DNA of 64,000 bases from Octopus sinensis. Its lineage: Eukaryota. Positions 10,433 to 22,113 of the stretch are shown piece after piece. Numbering within the stretch: position 1 is the stretch's first letter; the number at the start of each line of letters is the position of its first letter. The notes beneath the pieces were generated by a model. It saw only the letters and a program-made list of their open reading frames with translations. It did not search any database and was not told the DNA's origin. The translations under genes and the position numbers were made by a program. The stretch covers positions 51,274,001 through 51,338,000 of the forward strand of contig NC_043001.1 in NCBI RefSeq assembly GCF_006345805.1. Direction: 5' to 3'.

Positions 10433-11480
10433 TCAAAGAATGAAACAGTTATGGAATACCTTTGAAAGGACAAAGAAGAAAATAGGGAAGGCCAACTCAT
10501 GGTATGATAGCCACAAATATCAGTATGTCTTGTTTGTCGACACTACCCCTAGAAGTGGACTGGCGTACTGCTTTAGAAGGACCCTAGACAAGCTTAAGCT
10601 AAGAATTAAGGTTGGGGGAAGGTCAAGTAACCCTATCAAATCCCTAATCAGTAGAACCTACCCTTTTAATAGAACCCCTTGTACTGACAGGAACTGTATT
10701 GTATGTAGATTTAGCCCACAAAGAAACTGTAAAGCTAGGAATGTAGTTTATAGTATAAGATGTACATAGGGATGGTGCAGAAACAAGACAATCACGTATA
10801 TAGGGGAAACAGCACGGAGCATAGGAGAGTGGATAAATGGACATTGGAGGGAACTTAAGGAAGAGAAGAGCTCATCAGTTCTATACCAGCATCTTGAGCA
10901 GGAACAAGGGGGCTCACTCAACAACATAGAAGTTAAAATCTTGTCCATGCATAGAACAGACGCAAATTACGGAAGCTACACACATAAAAGAAGATAAGCT
11001 TAGCCTAAACAGAAAACTAGAATGGGACACTAGCACACACACTCCACACATCTCAACCTATGACAAAATAAGATCCCCATAAACTAATAATAATATGAAA
11101 CTAATACAATTGACAGATAAATAAATGGAATTAGATAATTATATACATAAACAAAATATAATAAATTAAATTAAATTAAATTAATACAAAAAAAAAGAAA
11201 GAAATGAAAAAGTAAGTACATAAAAACAAATTTTAAAAATAAATAAAAGTAAATTAAATGAACGTGAATAAACAGGGGATACTGATAAAGCAGGTACCAT
11301 ACACATTCTGACACACACACTTACTGAACATATACACACACAGGGATATATGCATGCTTAAACAAAGACACATACAACAGGAATACAAAATGACAGATCA
11401 TTAGGAAGAGACACAAAAAAGAAAGAAGAAAGCAGAGGACCACTGATGAGGTCACAGAAGTGTGACAAAAGACCTCTGGC
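10433..11480 (+). mobile_element. Second PLE family (Neptune-like Cys-rich linker plus GIY-YIG) with 3' region
   Basis: VLFVDTTPRSGLA...CTDRNCIVC...CKARNVVYSIRC*...YIGETARSIG...EATHIKE...LNRKLEW, with a hammerhead-like motif downstream. The Neptune label is from memory of the linker pattern. Confidence 0.8.
11440..11479 (+). ncRNA. Degenerate minimal hammerhead motif
   Basis: CCA-CTGATGA-G-GTCACA-GAAG-TGTGAC-AAAA-GACC-TC-TGG. G12 replaced by A, consistent with CpG decay. Confidence 0.45.
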
Positions 11481-12302
11481 TGAAATACAATTAATATAAA
11501 ATAAAGCTGAAGCAAATGAAAACCAAAAATATAGTGTGTGTGTTTGCATTGGCTAAACTAGCAACATGACCATCCCCAAATACAACAATATCCATTTCAA
11601 CACATGAATTCACATCAAGAATCTTGCAAAACATATATAAACGTATATAAACATAAGAACGACCCTTCTTCTGTAGCTGGATGTTTTTCTGCTCTCGTAT
11701 TTCGAGCATTTAGCAACAATATACGCTTTCGATAAAACAGTTGCTCCCACAAGTTAAATTAAATAAAATTTGGGATTTTACAGAAGGTCAAAATTGGTAA
11801 CACACACAGGACAGTGAAAACAAACAGGAATGGCTGCTAAGCCTAAACGAGTTTGTGGTGGTGAACGTGTAAATCAAGCTTGGACAGGAGACAGACAAGA
11901 ACACATCTTCCTTGTTCCAGCTACAATGGATAGAAAGAAAGAAACACAAGTTAAGAGAAAAATGAAAGATGGCCAGTAGCCACATAGGAGCCACGTGAGC
12001 AAGGGAGGAGTGAGGGACAGAGAGTAACAGAGTAATAGGATAGAATAGTGGGAGAAGAGGAGGTAAAAGAAGAGAGAGAAAAACAAAAGAGTAAAAAGAT
12101 CGTATAGAGTGCACATATGTATGTATATATGTATATATGAAAAGCTTCTTTCCGTTTCTGCCTACCAAATCTACTCACAAGGTTTTAGTTGGCCCAAGGC
12201 TATAGTAGAAGACACCTGCCCAAGGTGCCACGCAGTGGGACTGAACACAGAGTCACATAGCTGGGAAGTAAGCTTCTTTCCACACAGCCATGTGTGTGCC
12301 TG

Positions 12303-12404
<102 letters not shown>

Positions 12405-12661
12405 CTGATGGGGAATAAATATTTTGCAAATGTAGTGATAATATTTTGGGATTGGCAGGCGGGGTGGGGGGACAAGAGTTCAACCAAGGTTCAATAAAGT
12501 AGAAAAAATATATAATATATAAATATATAAAAATTTAAAGAAGTGAAGAAAATAGAAGGAAAAGGAACAGGAAGTTACATAAAAAATTTTGTGCAAAATG
12601 TTGTAGTAGTAGTAGTAGTAGTAGTATTAACAGCTGCAGCATCATCATCATCAGCAGCAGC

Positions 12662-12693
<32 letters not shown>

Positions 12694-12758
12694 AAACTGA
12701 GAAAGAATAACATATATAGCTAATAAAAATAACAATTATGACAGGAATATAATCAACT

Positions 12759-12764
12759 TTTATT
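12759..12764 (-). promoter_or_regulatory. Candidate CFAP44 polyadenylation signal AATAAA
   Basis: TTTATT on the plus strand about 117 nt past the stop codon. Based on position only. Confidence 0.4.
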
Positions 12765-12880
12765 TGCTAAACTTATATTTTTCAAATAATAGTTTCAAAT
12801 AATAATAATAATAATAATAATGATAATAAAAGAAAAACAAAAGCATATTCTGTGATGAAAGGTCTCAGAAAACGAATTAA

Positions 12881-13063
12881 CTATGTTTGATCGATGTGAG
12901 GTGTTGGAGGTTCAATTGGTGGTAAAATATGCCCGCCTTTCCTTGACAGAATTATCAGTTCTTTTTTCAGATTGAATATTTCCTGTGTCTGAAGGTCACA
13001 CAGTTGTTCTAGACGTTCCAGTTCATCAATAGTTTGCTGAGATTCTCCTCTGAATTCCTCACC
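12881..13063 (-). CDS. CFAP44: CFAP44 terminal coding exon
   Basis: cccaacag|GGT GAG...ACA TAG. GEEFRGES...IFNLKKELIILSRKGGHILPPIEPPTPHIDQT* (cf. 'EIALLRRKGSLILPP'). Confidence 0.93.
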   Translation of the reverse strand, partial: GEEFRGESQQTIDELERLEQLCDLQTQEIFNLKKELIILSRKGGHILPPIEPPTPHIDQT

Positions 13064-13739
13064 CTGTTGGGAGGGAAGTGAAAAAAACAGATAAACAGGA
13101 AATACAAAGTGTAAAGAAATAGCATGAAAATATTTTAAAAATTCTTTAGATTTATTATTCAAGATGTAAACCAAAGTTAAGAAAATTAGCCCAACAATCG
13201 CAATTTTCAAGGTTACAACATCACAGAATTATCAGTGGGGCCTTCTACTCTACAAAAGCTGAAGATTGGTGTTTTTATGATTTGTGTAGTATGCCAGTCC
13301 CAGCCAAAAAGCATTGAGGGCTTCAGGCTACATTAGCCACAATGATGTATTAAAAATTCATCATAGTGTCCTCTGCTCGAGCCTGTGCATAGGACTCGCT
13401 CTTGACATGGGGCCCAATTTGAGCAAATCTGTTTAATTGGCTTAAAACTGGTCTTAACATCCCAAGTCATATTAGGTAGTATTTGAGTAGCTGCTGAATG
13501 TGCTACATTTATTCAAACCCTCAAACTAGATTTTTACAAAATGGAAGGACACTTTAGGTAATGTAGTCCTACATATAAAATAAAATGAAGAAAAAATGTG
13601 AGGTTTGTTAAGGTTGGAATAGTTTTTGCCATAGGCTTGCTTAACAATTTGAACAGCCTCTAAGCCTAGATATATAGTCTTACCACTCTATTTTCTAGTG
13701 ATACTGCAATAGTCTCTGTTTCTCAGAGCCATCTTACAT

Positions 13740-13970
13740 ACCTATTTCTTTACTACCCACAAAGGGCTAAACACAGAGAGGACAAACAAGGACAGACAAG
13801 CAGATTATGTCGATTATATCGACCCCAGTGCATAACTGGTACTTATTTAATCGACCCCGAAAAGATGAAAGGCAAAGTCGACCTCAGCGGAATTTAAACT
13901 CAGAAAGTAGCAGCAGGTGAAATACCGCTAAGCATTTCACCCGGTTTGCTAACGATTCTGCCAGCTCCAT
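13740..13970 (-). mobile_element. tRNA-derived SINE, family B
   Basis: Head GAGCTGGCAGAATCGTTAGC, body GTCGACTTTGCCTTTCATC...GGGGTCGAT. Further copies near 19697(+), 22489(+), 23540(-), 24665(-), 26190(+), 27030(-). Confidence 0.8.
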
Positions 13971-14719
13971 CTTACATACCACCAAAGCCTATCCAATGCA
14001 CAACTTTCACCACTTCTTATCACCCATAGTGTTTTTCTATGCCTCAGGCTCCATACTAAGAACTATTCATAATCCCTTTTTTTCTCAAGTCATCAACCAT
14101 CTGGAATTTACTTTGCATATACATTACTCCCACAGCAGTTAACTTATACATGTTTTAACAGTAACATTGTGTATGGACATATAACTGATACTCTATCGGT
14201 TATGATGAAAAGAGTTCCATTTGATCCAATCAGCAGAACAGCCTACTCATGAAATTAATGTGCAAGTAGCTAAGCACTCCTTAAACGTGTGAACCCTTAA
14301 CATAGTTCTCAATGAGATTCAAGATGACACAGAATGGAACAAGACTGGCCTGTTGAAATACATGTACAACATATTTTTGCCAGCTGAGTGGACTGGAGAA
14401 ATGGGAAACAAAGCATCTTGCTCAAGGATGCAATGTGCTTCTGGGAATTGAACACCTGACCTTATAATTATGTGCTGAACACCCATATCCACTAAGCCAT
14501 ATGCCCTCAGAAGGGATAATGTATATATAAATTCACATTCATAAGTTTAATAAACAAATTTTATTTCACTATGTAAACATGCTTTGCTATTAGCCTATCA
14601 GGCCACTCTCTGTGCAATGCATCAAAGAACAGCTGCTTTACATCTCTGTTAAACAAACTAAGTGGTAGAACTTGAGAATTTGGTAATATATATATACATA
14701 TATATATATAATATAAATA

Positions 14720-14783
<64 letters not shown>

Positions 14784-15925
14784 CCGGTCACTCCTTGCAA
14801 CACCTATCTGTGTTCGGTTTGTCCTTACACAGAGGCCATCCGGATTCCCGTTTGCGCCGTGAACAGGAATTAATCTTCTCTCTTCGCTCTTATACGTCAT
14901 TTGGTCTCAACTCTCCCCCCCTCCTCATCTAACCCTCATTTAACCCCCTCTCCCCCCCTCCTCACCTATCCTTCCCCCCCGACCCCTACTTCTTCAGTCC
15001 TTCATCCTTTCACCCCTACTCCCCTTCTCTTCTTCCCTCTTTCTCCCTCCCTCCTTCCCTCTTCCCCTTCTCTCTGCTCCCTCACTCCCCCTCTCTCTCC
15101 CCCTCTCCCTCCCCCTCTCTCTCTTTCCTCCCCCTCCTCCTCCCCTTCCTTCTCCCCCTCCTCTCCTCTTCCCTCTCTTCTTCCCCTCCCCTTCTCCCCC
15201 TCCCCTTCCCCCCTTCTCCCCCTCTTCTCCTCACTACACCACACGACTTTACACATCACATCATATATGATGTGCCATACTAATACATACACCAACTAAT
15301 ACATACTAATACGTACTAATACATACTAATACATACTAATACATACACCAACCCTATACATACACACGTCCAGACCCCTCATACTCACTTATACTCTCTC
15401 ATACACACACACACACACTTATACATACTAATACGTACTAATACATACTAATACATACTAATACATACACCAACCCCATACATACGCACGTCCAGACCTA
15501 TCCTATGCACTAATACTCTCTCATACACACACACACACACACCCTTATTCATACTAATACATACTAATACATACACCAACCCTATACATACACACGTCCA
15601 GACCCCTCCTACGCACTAATAGCTGGTCATTCAACCCTATTATCAACCCTATTATCTCCCCTTATTTCGCTCTCGCGTCTCATGTTTGATCTTTGACCTC
15701 TGGCCGAAATCAGATCGCCATGTTGATTCGTTAGTTACTGCACGCATTTTTTTTCTCTCCTTCTTTCTGTGTTTTTTTCTCTCTGTGTATCTTTCTGTTG
15801 AAGAGCGTAGGCTCGAAACATTAAAGACTTGTTTTATTTATATTTCCTGAGCGCCATACTAATACAATTGTTTGTTAGTTTTCCACCTGCCTTCGTCTTT
15901 TGTCTATTTTCATAAAGCTTCCCGT

Positions 15926-15926
<1 letters not shown>
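14784..15926 (+). mobile_element. Non-coding PLE-type repeat embedded in (TA)n: polypyrimidine tract, ~120-bp tandem units and a hammerhead motif
   Basis: (TA)n on both sides, C/T tract 14910-15230, three imperfect units 15290-15620, and a 3' module shared with 39745-39900. Confidence 0.55.
15790..15827 (+). ncRNA. Minimal hammerhead-like motif, variant core CUGUUGA
   Basis: TCTTT-CTGTTGA-A-GAGC-GTAG-GCTC-GAAAC-ATT-AAAGA. Confidence 0.5.
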
Positions 15927-16015
<89 letters not shown>

Positions 16016-16102
16016 ATAATAATAATAATATTAGGGAGTATATCCAAACTTACAGGGAAAAATTAGATTTAGGATTAAATCAAATTTCACAGTATAAATA
16101 TA

Positions 16103-16546
16103 AATTAAATTATTGATAAAACCACTATTAGGCAACTCAAACAGTGATAGACATAAACCAAAACATAAAAAACGAAAGATAAATATAATAATATAATATA
16201 TAACATATATATATAAAATATAAAATTTAGAATTTAAATTATTAAAATTTCAAATTTTTAAATTTATATTTTTAAATTTTTAAACTTAAAAAGTATACTT
16301 TTTGGTTAGTTATACTTTTTGGTTAGTTATATAAAAATAAATTTAAAGTTCAAAAATTTATAAATATAAAAATTTAAAAATATAAATTTTAAAATATAAA
16401 ATTTTAGTAATTTAAATTTTAAATTTCATATCTTATATATATATTATATATTATATTATTATATTTATTTTTTGTTTTTTATGTTTTAGTTTATGTCTAT
16501 CACTGTTTGAGTTGCCTAATAGTAGTTTTATCTCTAATTTAATTTT
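16103..16546. repeat. AT-rich ~440-bp foldback palindrome
   Basis: Arm core ACTATTAGGCAACTCAAACAGTGATAGACATAAAC and its reverse complement; central AAAAAGTATACTTTTT. Confidence 0.85.
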
Positions 16547-16779
16547 TATATATATATATACAAAATGGGACAAGAACACAAAACATCCAAATAGACGATA
16601 TAAAATAAACGGATGGGTCATTGGAGGCCTCTAATCTTCAGTCAAGAACTGGATCATCCTCGCAATTTCAGCTGATTAATCTTGAGTGCTATAAACAAAG
16701 GCAGATTATGTTGTATGATTGTATGCATGAATGTTTGCCTTTGTGATTTATCTCCACTACCCACTGCTTGGTAACAGTA

Positions 16780-17038
16780 AAGTACCAGTAAAGCACTGGG
16801 ATTAATGTAATTGACTAACCCCCTCACCCAGAATTGCTGGCCTCGTTCCAAAATTTGAAACCAATATTATCTTGTATTTTATCAATTCTATAAAGTTTTT
16901 ACACATAATGATAAATATTATGATGATTATTATACCATCAGGAGGCGTGTGGCTTAGTGGTTAGGGTGTCAGCACAAAGATTGTGGTTTCGATTTCTGGA
17001 CTGGGCAACGTGTTGTGTTCTTGAGCAAAACACTTCAT
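16780..17038 (+). repeat. 259-bp duplicate of 19818-20076 inserted into a SINE remnant
   Basis: 255/259 identical by manual alignment, including the non-repeat spacer between two SINEs. Confidence 0.9.
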
Positions 17039-17955
17039 GTGTTGGTTTGTTTACATTGCTGTAGCTTAGCAGTTTAACAAAAGACACTTAGATATAAGTA
17101 TTGAAGCTGATTTGTTTGACTAAACCTTTCAAAGCAGTGCTCAAGCATGGCTGCTGCCCAATGACTAAAGCAAGTAAAAGATAAGAGATGAAAGATACAC
17201 ATAATCTGTCTTTGTTTATAGCACTTTTTTGTTATTAAAGATACTTATGAGAATATGTAGAGAGGCCTCTAAGACTTAGAGAAGAAAGAGATCTGACCTA
17301 AATAATTGCAACCAAGTAAAACACTACTAAAGGCACCTAAAGGGCCAGATAGTGTGAGAGATCAAGCCTACCATTTCCACTTTATTAGATTATTCATAAC
17401 CACTATGAAATGGATACCACTGTAAAATGATACCACACCATAAGCCTGAGAAAATTGCAGAGTAAGTTGGAGTGACAGCTTAAAATGCAGAATACTTAGA
17501 ATCGTATCTGCACTACCATTGTTATCATCATTATTATTTTTGTCATTGTCTACAACAGTAGCCTGAGTATTTGCAACTATATTATTAAGCCATTTCATGC
17601 TACCACTAACAGAATAAAGAATATCCTTTATTTTCAATATTTATTTCATTTCTTCCAGAGAAAAATAAGCACCATAGGAAGGTACAGTTCAGTTCTGTAA
17701 ACAAGTTATGCCTGGACACTGAACAACTGATCATTATTTCATTGAATTGCAAGAAAGAAATCTAATTCTCCAATGAGAAAACCCTTGAAAGAAAGCAGAT
17801 ATATCAGTGAAATATTTTTAGTGAACTTTTACAAATGACATTTTGCATGTAAGGCCTGTCAGTCTAAGGATGTTTGTAGCTACTTCATTCAAGTTTTATT
17901 GTTTCTATTTCAACCTTTGGTTAGCTATCAACAAAGAGAACACAAGATGACTTAC

Positions 17956-18090
17956 AAGATTCTTCTGCCTTGAACCCAGTCTGGCTTCTAACAGATGTTG
18001 CTCTTCCAGTAATATTCGTAATTGCCCAGTAAGATCTGTATTTTCTTTTGTCACTACTGATATATCACGCCTCAGTTGCAGTATACTTTC
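17956..18090 (-). CDS. CFAP44: CFAP44 coding exon
   Basis: gtcattaag|GAA AGT...AAT CTT|gtaagt. ESILQLRRDISVVTKENT...LEARLGSRQKNL; 135 nt, phase 0/0. Confidence 0.9.
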
Positions 18091-19257
18091 CTTAATGACA
18101 AAAAGGAAAAAAAAAAAAGAAAGAAAGAAAAAACGTTAAAGTAACAAAAATGGCAGCAGAAGAATTGATTGGATAATAAGCTTTCAAATGTATTACATAT
18201 TGAGAAAGAAAGGTTCACTTTGTTTGATGCTACTAGGGAAGAAGCTGGTTGGTGTCATGCTACTTTGGACATCCCAACATGGTCATAATTGCATTGGTTA
18301 TCTAATGAAGTCATACATCTATCAGTTAGCAGATATCAGTGGATGTTGCTGAAAAAAAATCTCTATCACATGCCATAGAAGATTGAAATAAATGAAGGAT
18401 CAGGTTCATGCAAATTAGAACAAGTTCAACTTAATGATGGTGAAGCAACTAACTAATTAAAATTGCTTGTTGTTTTTGCCTTTTTGGCCAATCTTGCAAA
18501 TATTCCAAAGTACACAATATGCAAGTGCATTATTTCATAAGATAATAGAGGAAACTCAGTGGAACATCTGTCATTAAGTTCCTCGTTATAGCCACTATAT
18601 TTGTGGTTTATTCATTCTAGATTATATTATGTGTCTGGTCTACATTTCCATTAACATACAAGGTTTACAACATTGTAATTTTCAAAACTGGGAATGAAAT
18701 GTCTCAGAGACAAACTAAAAATGCACCTGGAAAGCCTCTTCATTTGGGAAACAATGAAAAAGGCTTAACATTATGACAATGTAGATTTCAAGTGATATTG
18801 TAGCTGCTGAAGAATAAAGAACTATGAAAACATGAATGTCAGCTGCTCACAAAAGATGTACCTAAACCATAACCTCCTAGCTGTACTTCTACTACACATA
18901 AAAAAGAATTCTTTATCTTAATTAAGTCTGTATTATAATTATCACCATCATATGTAATTCTCCAACATTTATGAAACATACCAAATCATCATCATTATCT
19001 TTTAATGTTCATTTTGCATACTGGCATGGGTTGGATGGCTTGACCAGAGCTGGTGAGCAGAAGAGCTGCACCAGGTTCCAGTCTGATTTGACTTGGTTTC
19101 TATAGCAAGTTGCCCTTCCTAATGCCAACCACTCTCCAATGTGTGCTGGGTGCTTATAACATGGCACCATCACAAGTGCTTTTACATGGTGCCAGACTTG
19201 GCAAAATAAACTCATCGTAAACAAAATGATTTGAGAGATCAAAGTCTAAGGTGTTAC

Positions 19258-19483
19258 CTTCTCTTTATATCTGTTTGCTCTCAGTTGGTGTTCTGTTTGG
19301 TGTGCCCTTTCCTCAAGTTCAGCATTGGTTCTATGCACTGTTACTGTTTCAACAGTTTCCATGTCAACAAGCCGACCAAACTTATCTTCTATCATCTTGT
19401 TACAAGTGTCTTCAAGTTGACCTATTATTTGTTCAAACTGTCTTTTGTCTCTTAGAAGCTGGCAGTGTTTTAGACGTTCGTCT
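19258..19483 (-). CDS. CFAP44: CFAP44 coding exon
   Basis: ttattacag|A GAC GAA...GAG AAG|gtaaca. DERLKHCQLLRDKRQFEQIIGQLEDTCNKMIEDKFGRLVDME... (cf. 'MISKFGRVVNLE'). Confidence 0.92.
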
Positions 19484-19977
19484 CTGTAATAAAGTTTAAA
19501 TTCACAGTCAGCCTTTTAGTTCCTTCCCATTATTTTAACGCTGTCATGGGTTTTTGCCAATACTATTATGTAAATTTGATAACATCATATTCTGCTAATA
19601 CACATTTATAAGTACTATTCATAATATGTTCTATTAGTAATATCATTTATATCATATCAATATTATCATGTTCCAAATATTATCGTGTACTTTTTTTAAG
19701 GTGGAAAGCTGGCAAAGTTGTTAGCATGCTGAGAAAAATGTTTAGTAGCAGTACATTCTGTGTTCAAATTCAATTGAGGTTGACTTTGCTTTTCATCCCT
19801 TTCAAGTTTGATAAAATAAGTACCAGTAAAGCACTGGGATTAATGTAATTGACTAACCCCCTCACCCAGAATTGCTGGCCTCGTTCCAAAATTTGAAACC
19901 AATATTATCTTATATTTTATCAATTCTATAAAGTTTTTACACATAATGATAAATATTATGATGATTATTATACCATC

Positions 19978-20230
19978 AGGAGGTGTGTGGCTTAGTGGTT
20001 AGGGTGTCAGCACAAAGATTGTGGTTTTGATTTCTGGACTGGGCGACGTGTTGTGTTCTTGAGCAAAACACTTCATTTCACGTTGCACCAGTCCACTCAG
20101 CTGGCAAAAATGAGTAACACTGCGATGGACTGGCATCCTGTCCAGCTGGGGAACACATACGCCATAGAAACTGGGAAACCGGGCCCATGAGCCTGGCTAG
20201 GCTTTAAAAGGGTGCATTTATTTTATTTTT
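19978..20230 (+). mobile_element. tRNA-derived SINE, family C
   Basis: A-box TGGCTTAGTGG, B-box-like GGTTTTGATTTC, central TTGTGTTCTTGAGCAAAACACTT. Related copies near 50225(+), 50565(-), 51658(+). Confidence 0.8.
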
Positions 20231-20671
20231 ATACCCTCAACCAATATTTATGCTATGAAATATAAATCTAAGATTATAATAACATAAAACTGTCTTCCTG
20301 GTATCAAAGAATTTTCTTTTTCTAACAGTGAAGAGTATCACAGTCAACACATTGTCTCTCTACTGCTGTGCTAGAAAAAAACTATAACTGACAACAGAGA
20401 AAAATAGTTAAAACAGTAACACCAAATAGGGTTTCGAGAGAGGCTTACATGTTTCAGTCATTAGACTACAGTCATGCTGGAACACCATCTTGAAAAATTT
20501 TCAACTCCAGTACTTTTATTTTCCTCAGCTTGGTACTTATTCTATCAGTCTCTTTTGCTAAACCACTAAGTTTCAGGGATGTAAACATACCAACACTGGC
20601 TGTCAAGTGGTGGACAAATACAGACAGACAGACAGACAAACACACACACACACACACACACAAATGTATAT

Positions 20672-20888
20672 ACATGAGGAGATGCTGAGAAATTCCTAGC
20701 TTTGAGTAAAAGAAAATACAGGAGGATCAATTAAATATTATTTTATTCAACATATTGCCCTCTCAGATTCACATTTATAGCAGCAATCCTTCTGTTTTTC
20801 TAAGCCCCATAAAAAAAAACTCAGAAGGTTGGGCCTCCAACCAGATCTCTCACAATATCTTTTAAACCAGGAAATTTTCAGCACCCCG
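20672..20888. mobile_element. Mariner-type MITE
   Basis: Imperfect TIRs GAGGAGATGCTGAGAAATTCCTAGCTTT and reverse-complemented GGGGTGCTGAAAATTTCCTGGTTT. A related end lies near 60950. Confidence 0.55.
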
Positions 20889-21190
20889 TTGGGCTTCTAG
20901 TTTTTCTCAACCAAATCTGCTCACAAGGCTTTGGTTGGCCTGTATTTATAGTAGAAGACTTTTGCCCAAAATGCCATGCGGCTGGACTGAACTCACCACC
21001 ATGTGGTTGGGAAGCAAGCTTCTTACCACACAGCCACTCCTGCTTCTATGAATAAGTATTTCTCATTTTTATTAAGAGTTAGGTAGTGCTGCTAACGTTA
21101 AATGCTAAGTTGAACATAGAAATGTCCATTCCTCAAAGTGGACATTTTGAAGGGCCAGAAAAATTACATTTAAAAAAAATTAATGCTTAC

Positions 21191-21387
21191 TGTTTGTTTC
21201 TTTTTTGTTGATTTTTTTCAGCTTGAAGTTCTTTAATTCTGTTGTTCAATTGTAGAATCTGATTATTTCTGAAAACCAAAGCCTTTGATATATCGTTAGG
21301 GAATTTCTTACCAACAGTGTATTGAATTTGTTGCAGGAGTAAAGTTACTGTTACATCCAGTTCATTCAATTTACGTTGTTTTTCTAA
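21191..21387 (-). CDS. CFAP44: CFAP44 coding exon
   Basis: ccatttcag|TTA GAA...AAA CA|gtaagc. LEKQRKLNELDVTVTLLLQQIQY...LVFRNNQILQLNNRIKELQAEKNQQKRNK. Confidence 0.93.
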
Positions 21388-21936
21388 CTGAAATGGAGGA
21401 AGACATAAGAAAATGGCAAATTAAAAATCTGATAACCACTGCAATTATTGAGTTAACAACACCTAATAATTTCTTGCTATGATCAGTACTCAAGATCATT
21501 GATTCTCTATATTTCCACTGTGATTTAAATATGTTTCTAATATAAAGACATTGAAAATCTCCTCAAATGGGTCCTCACAATGTATTTATGTAGAATTCTG
21601 TTTAAATTTTGGATATACATCAAAACTTTTCTAATGCTACCACAAATTCAGGGAGAGGATTGTTTTATCCATATACACCAGTGTTTCAAATCAAAGAAGA
21701 ACATTCATCAAAGACAATCCCAAATCTGAATGAACCTCCATAACATTGGACAAGAATCACATTTCAAAAATATCTGCTTAATCCATGAAAATTGCTTTCT
21801 GATTGTCTGTAGAATTTTCAAAGAAGGTATGACTGAACCCAAAACCACATGATTGAGAAATAAACAAAACATGTCCCCCAGAAATGCTTCATTAAGCTCT
21901 AGACAGAATTGGGTGAATCTTTTTAAAACAACTTAC

Positions 21937-22113
21937 CTGAAAAGCTTCCAAATCATTTTGTGCTTTCTCCAGAGAGGTATTGATAACTTTAGCCTTTTTG
22001 TTCAAAGCATCCATATCCTTTTTGAATGCCTCCTGGTTTTTCCTTTCTTCCATTAATTGATCTTCAATATCAAGTCGTTTTTCACGCATTGTGCAAGTGG
22101 TGTCATAAAGTGC
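21937..22113 (-). CDS. CFAP44: CFAP44 coding exon
   Basis: cattgtag|GCA CTT...TTT CAG|gtaagt. ALYDTTCTMREKRLDIEDQLMEERK...LEAFQ (cf. 'LREKRLDIEEALVEEKK'). Confidence 0.95.

Noticed and set aside
14910-15300. 132-aa Pro/Ser-rich ORF and telomere-like AACCCT motifs
   Set aside because: This is a polypyrimidine tract of a repeat, with no tandem TTAGGG array.
17390-17682. Plus-strand exon-like splice pairs (about 17390-17462 and 17660-17682)
   Set aside because: The first has stops in all frames and there is no homology. An antisense non-coding transcript cannot be excluded but is unsupported.
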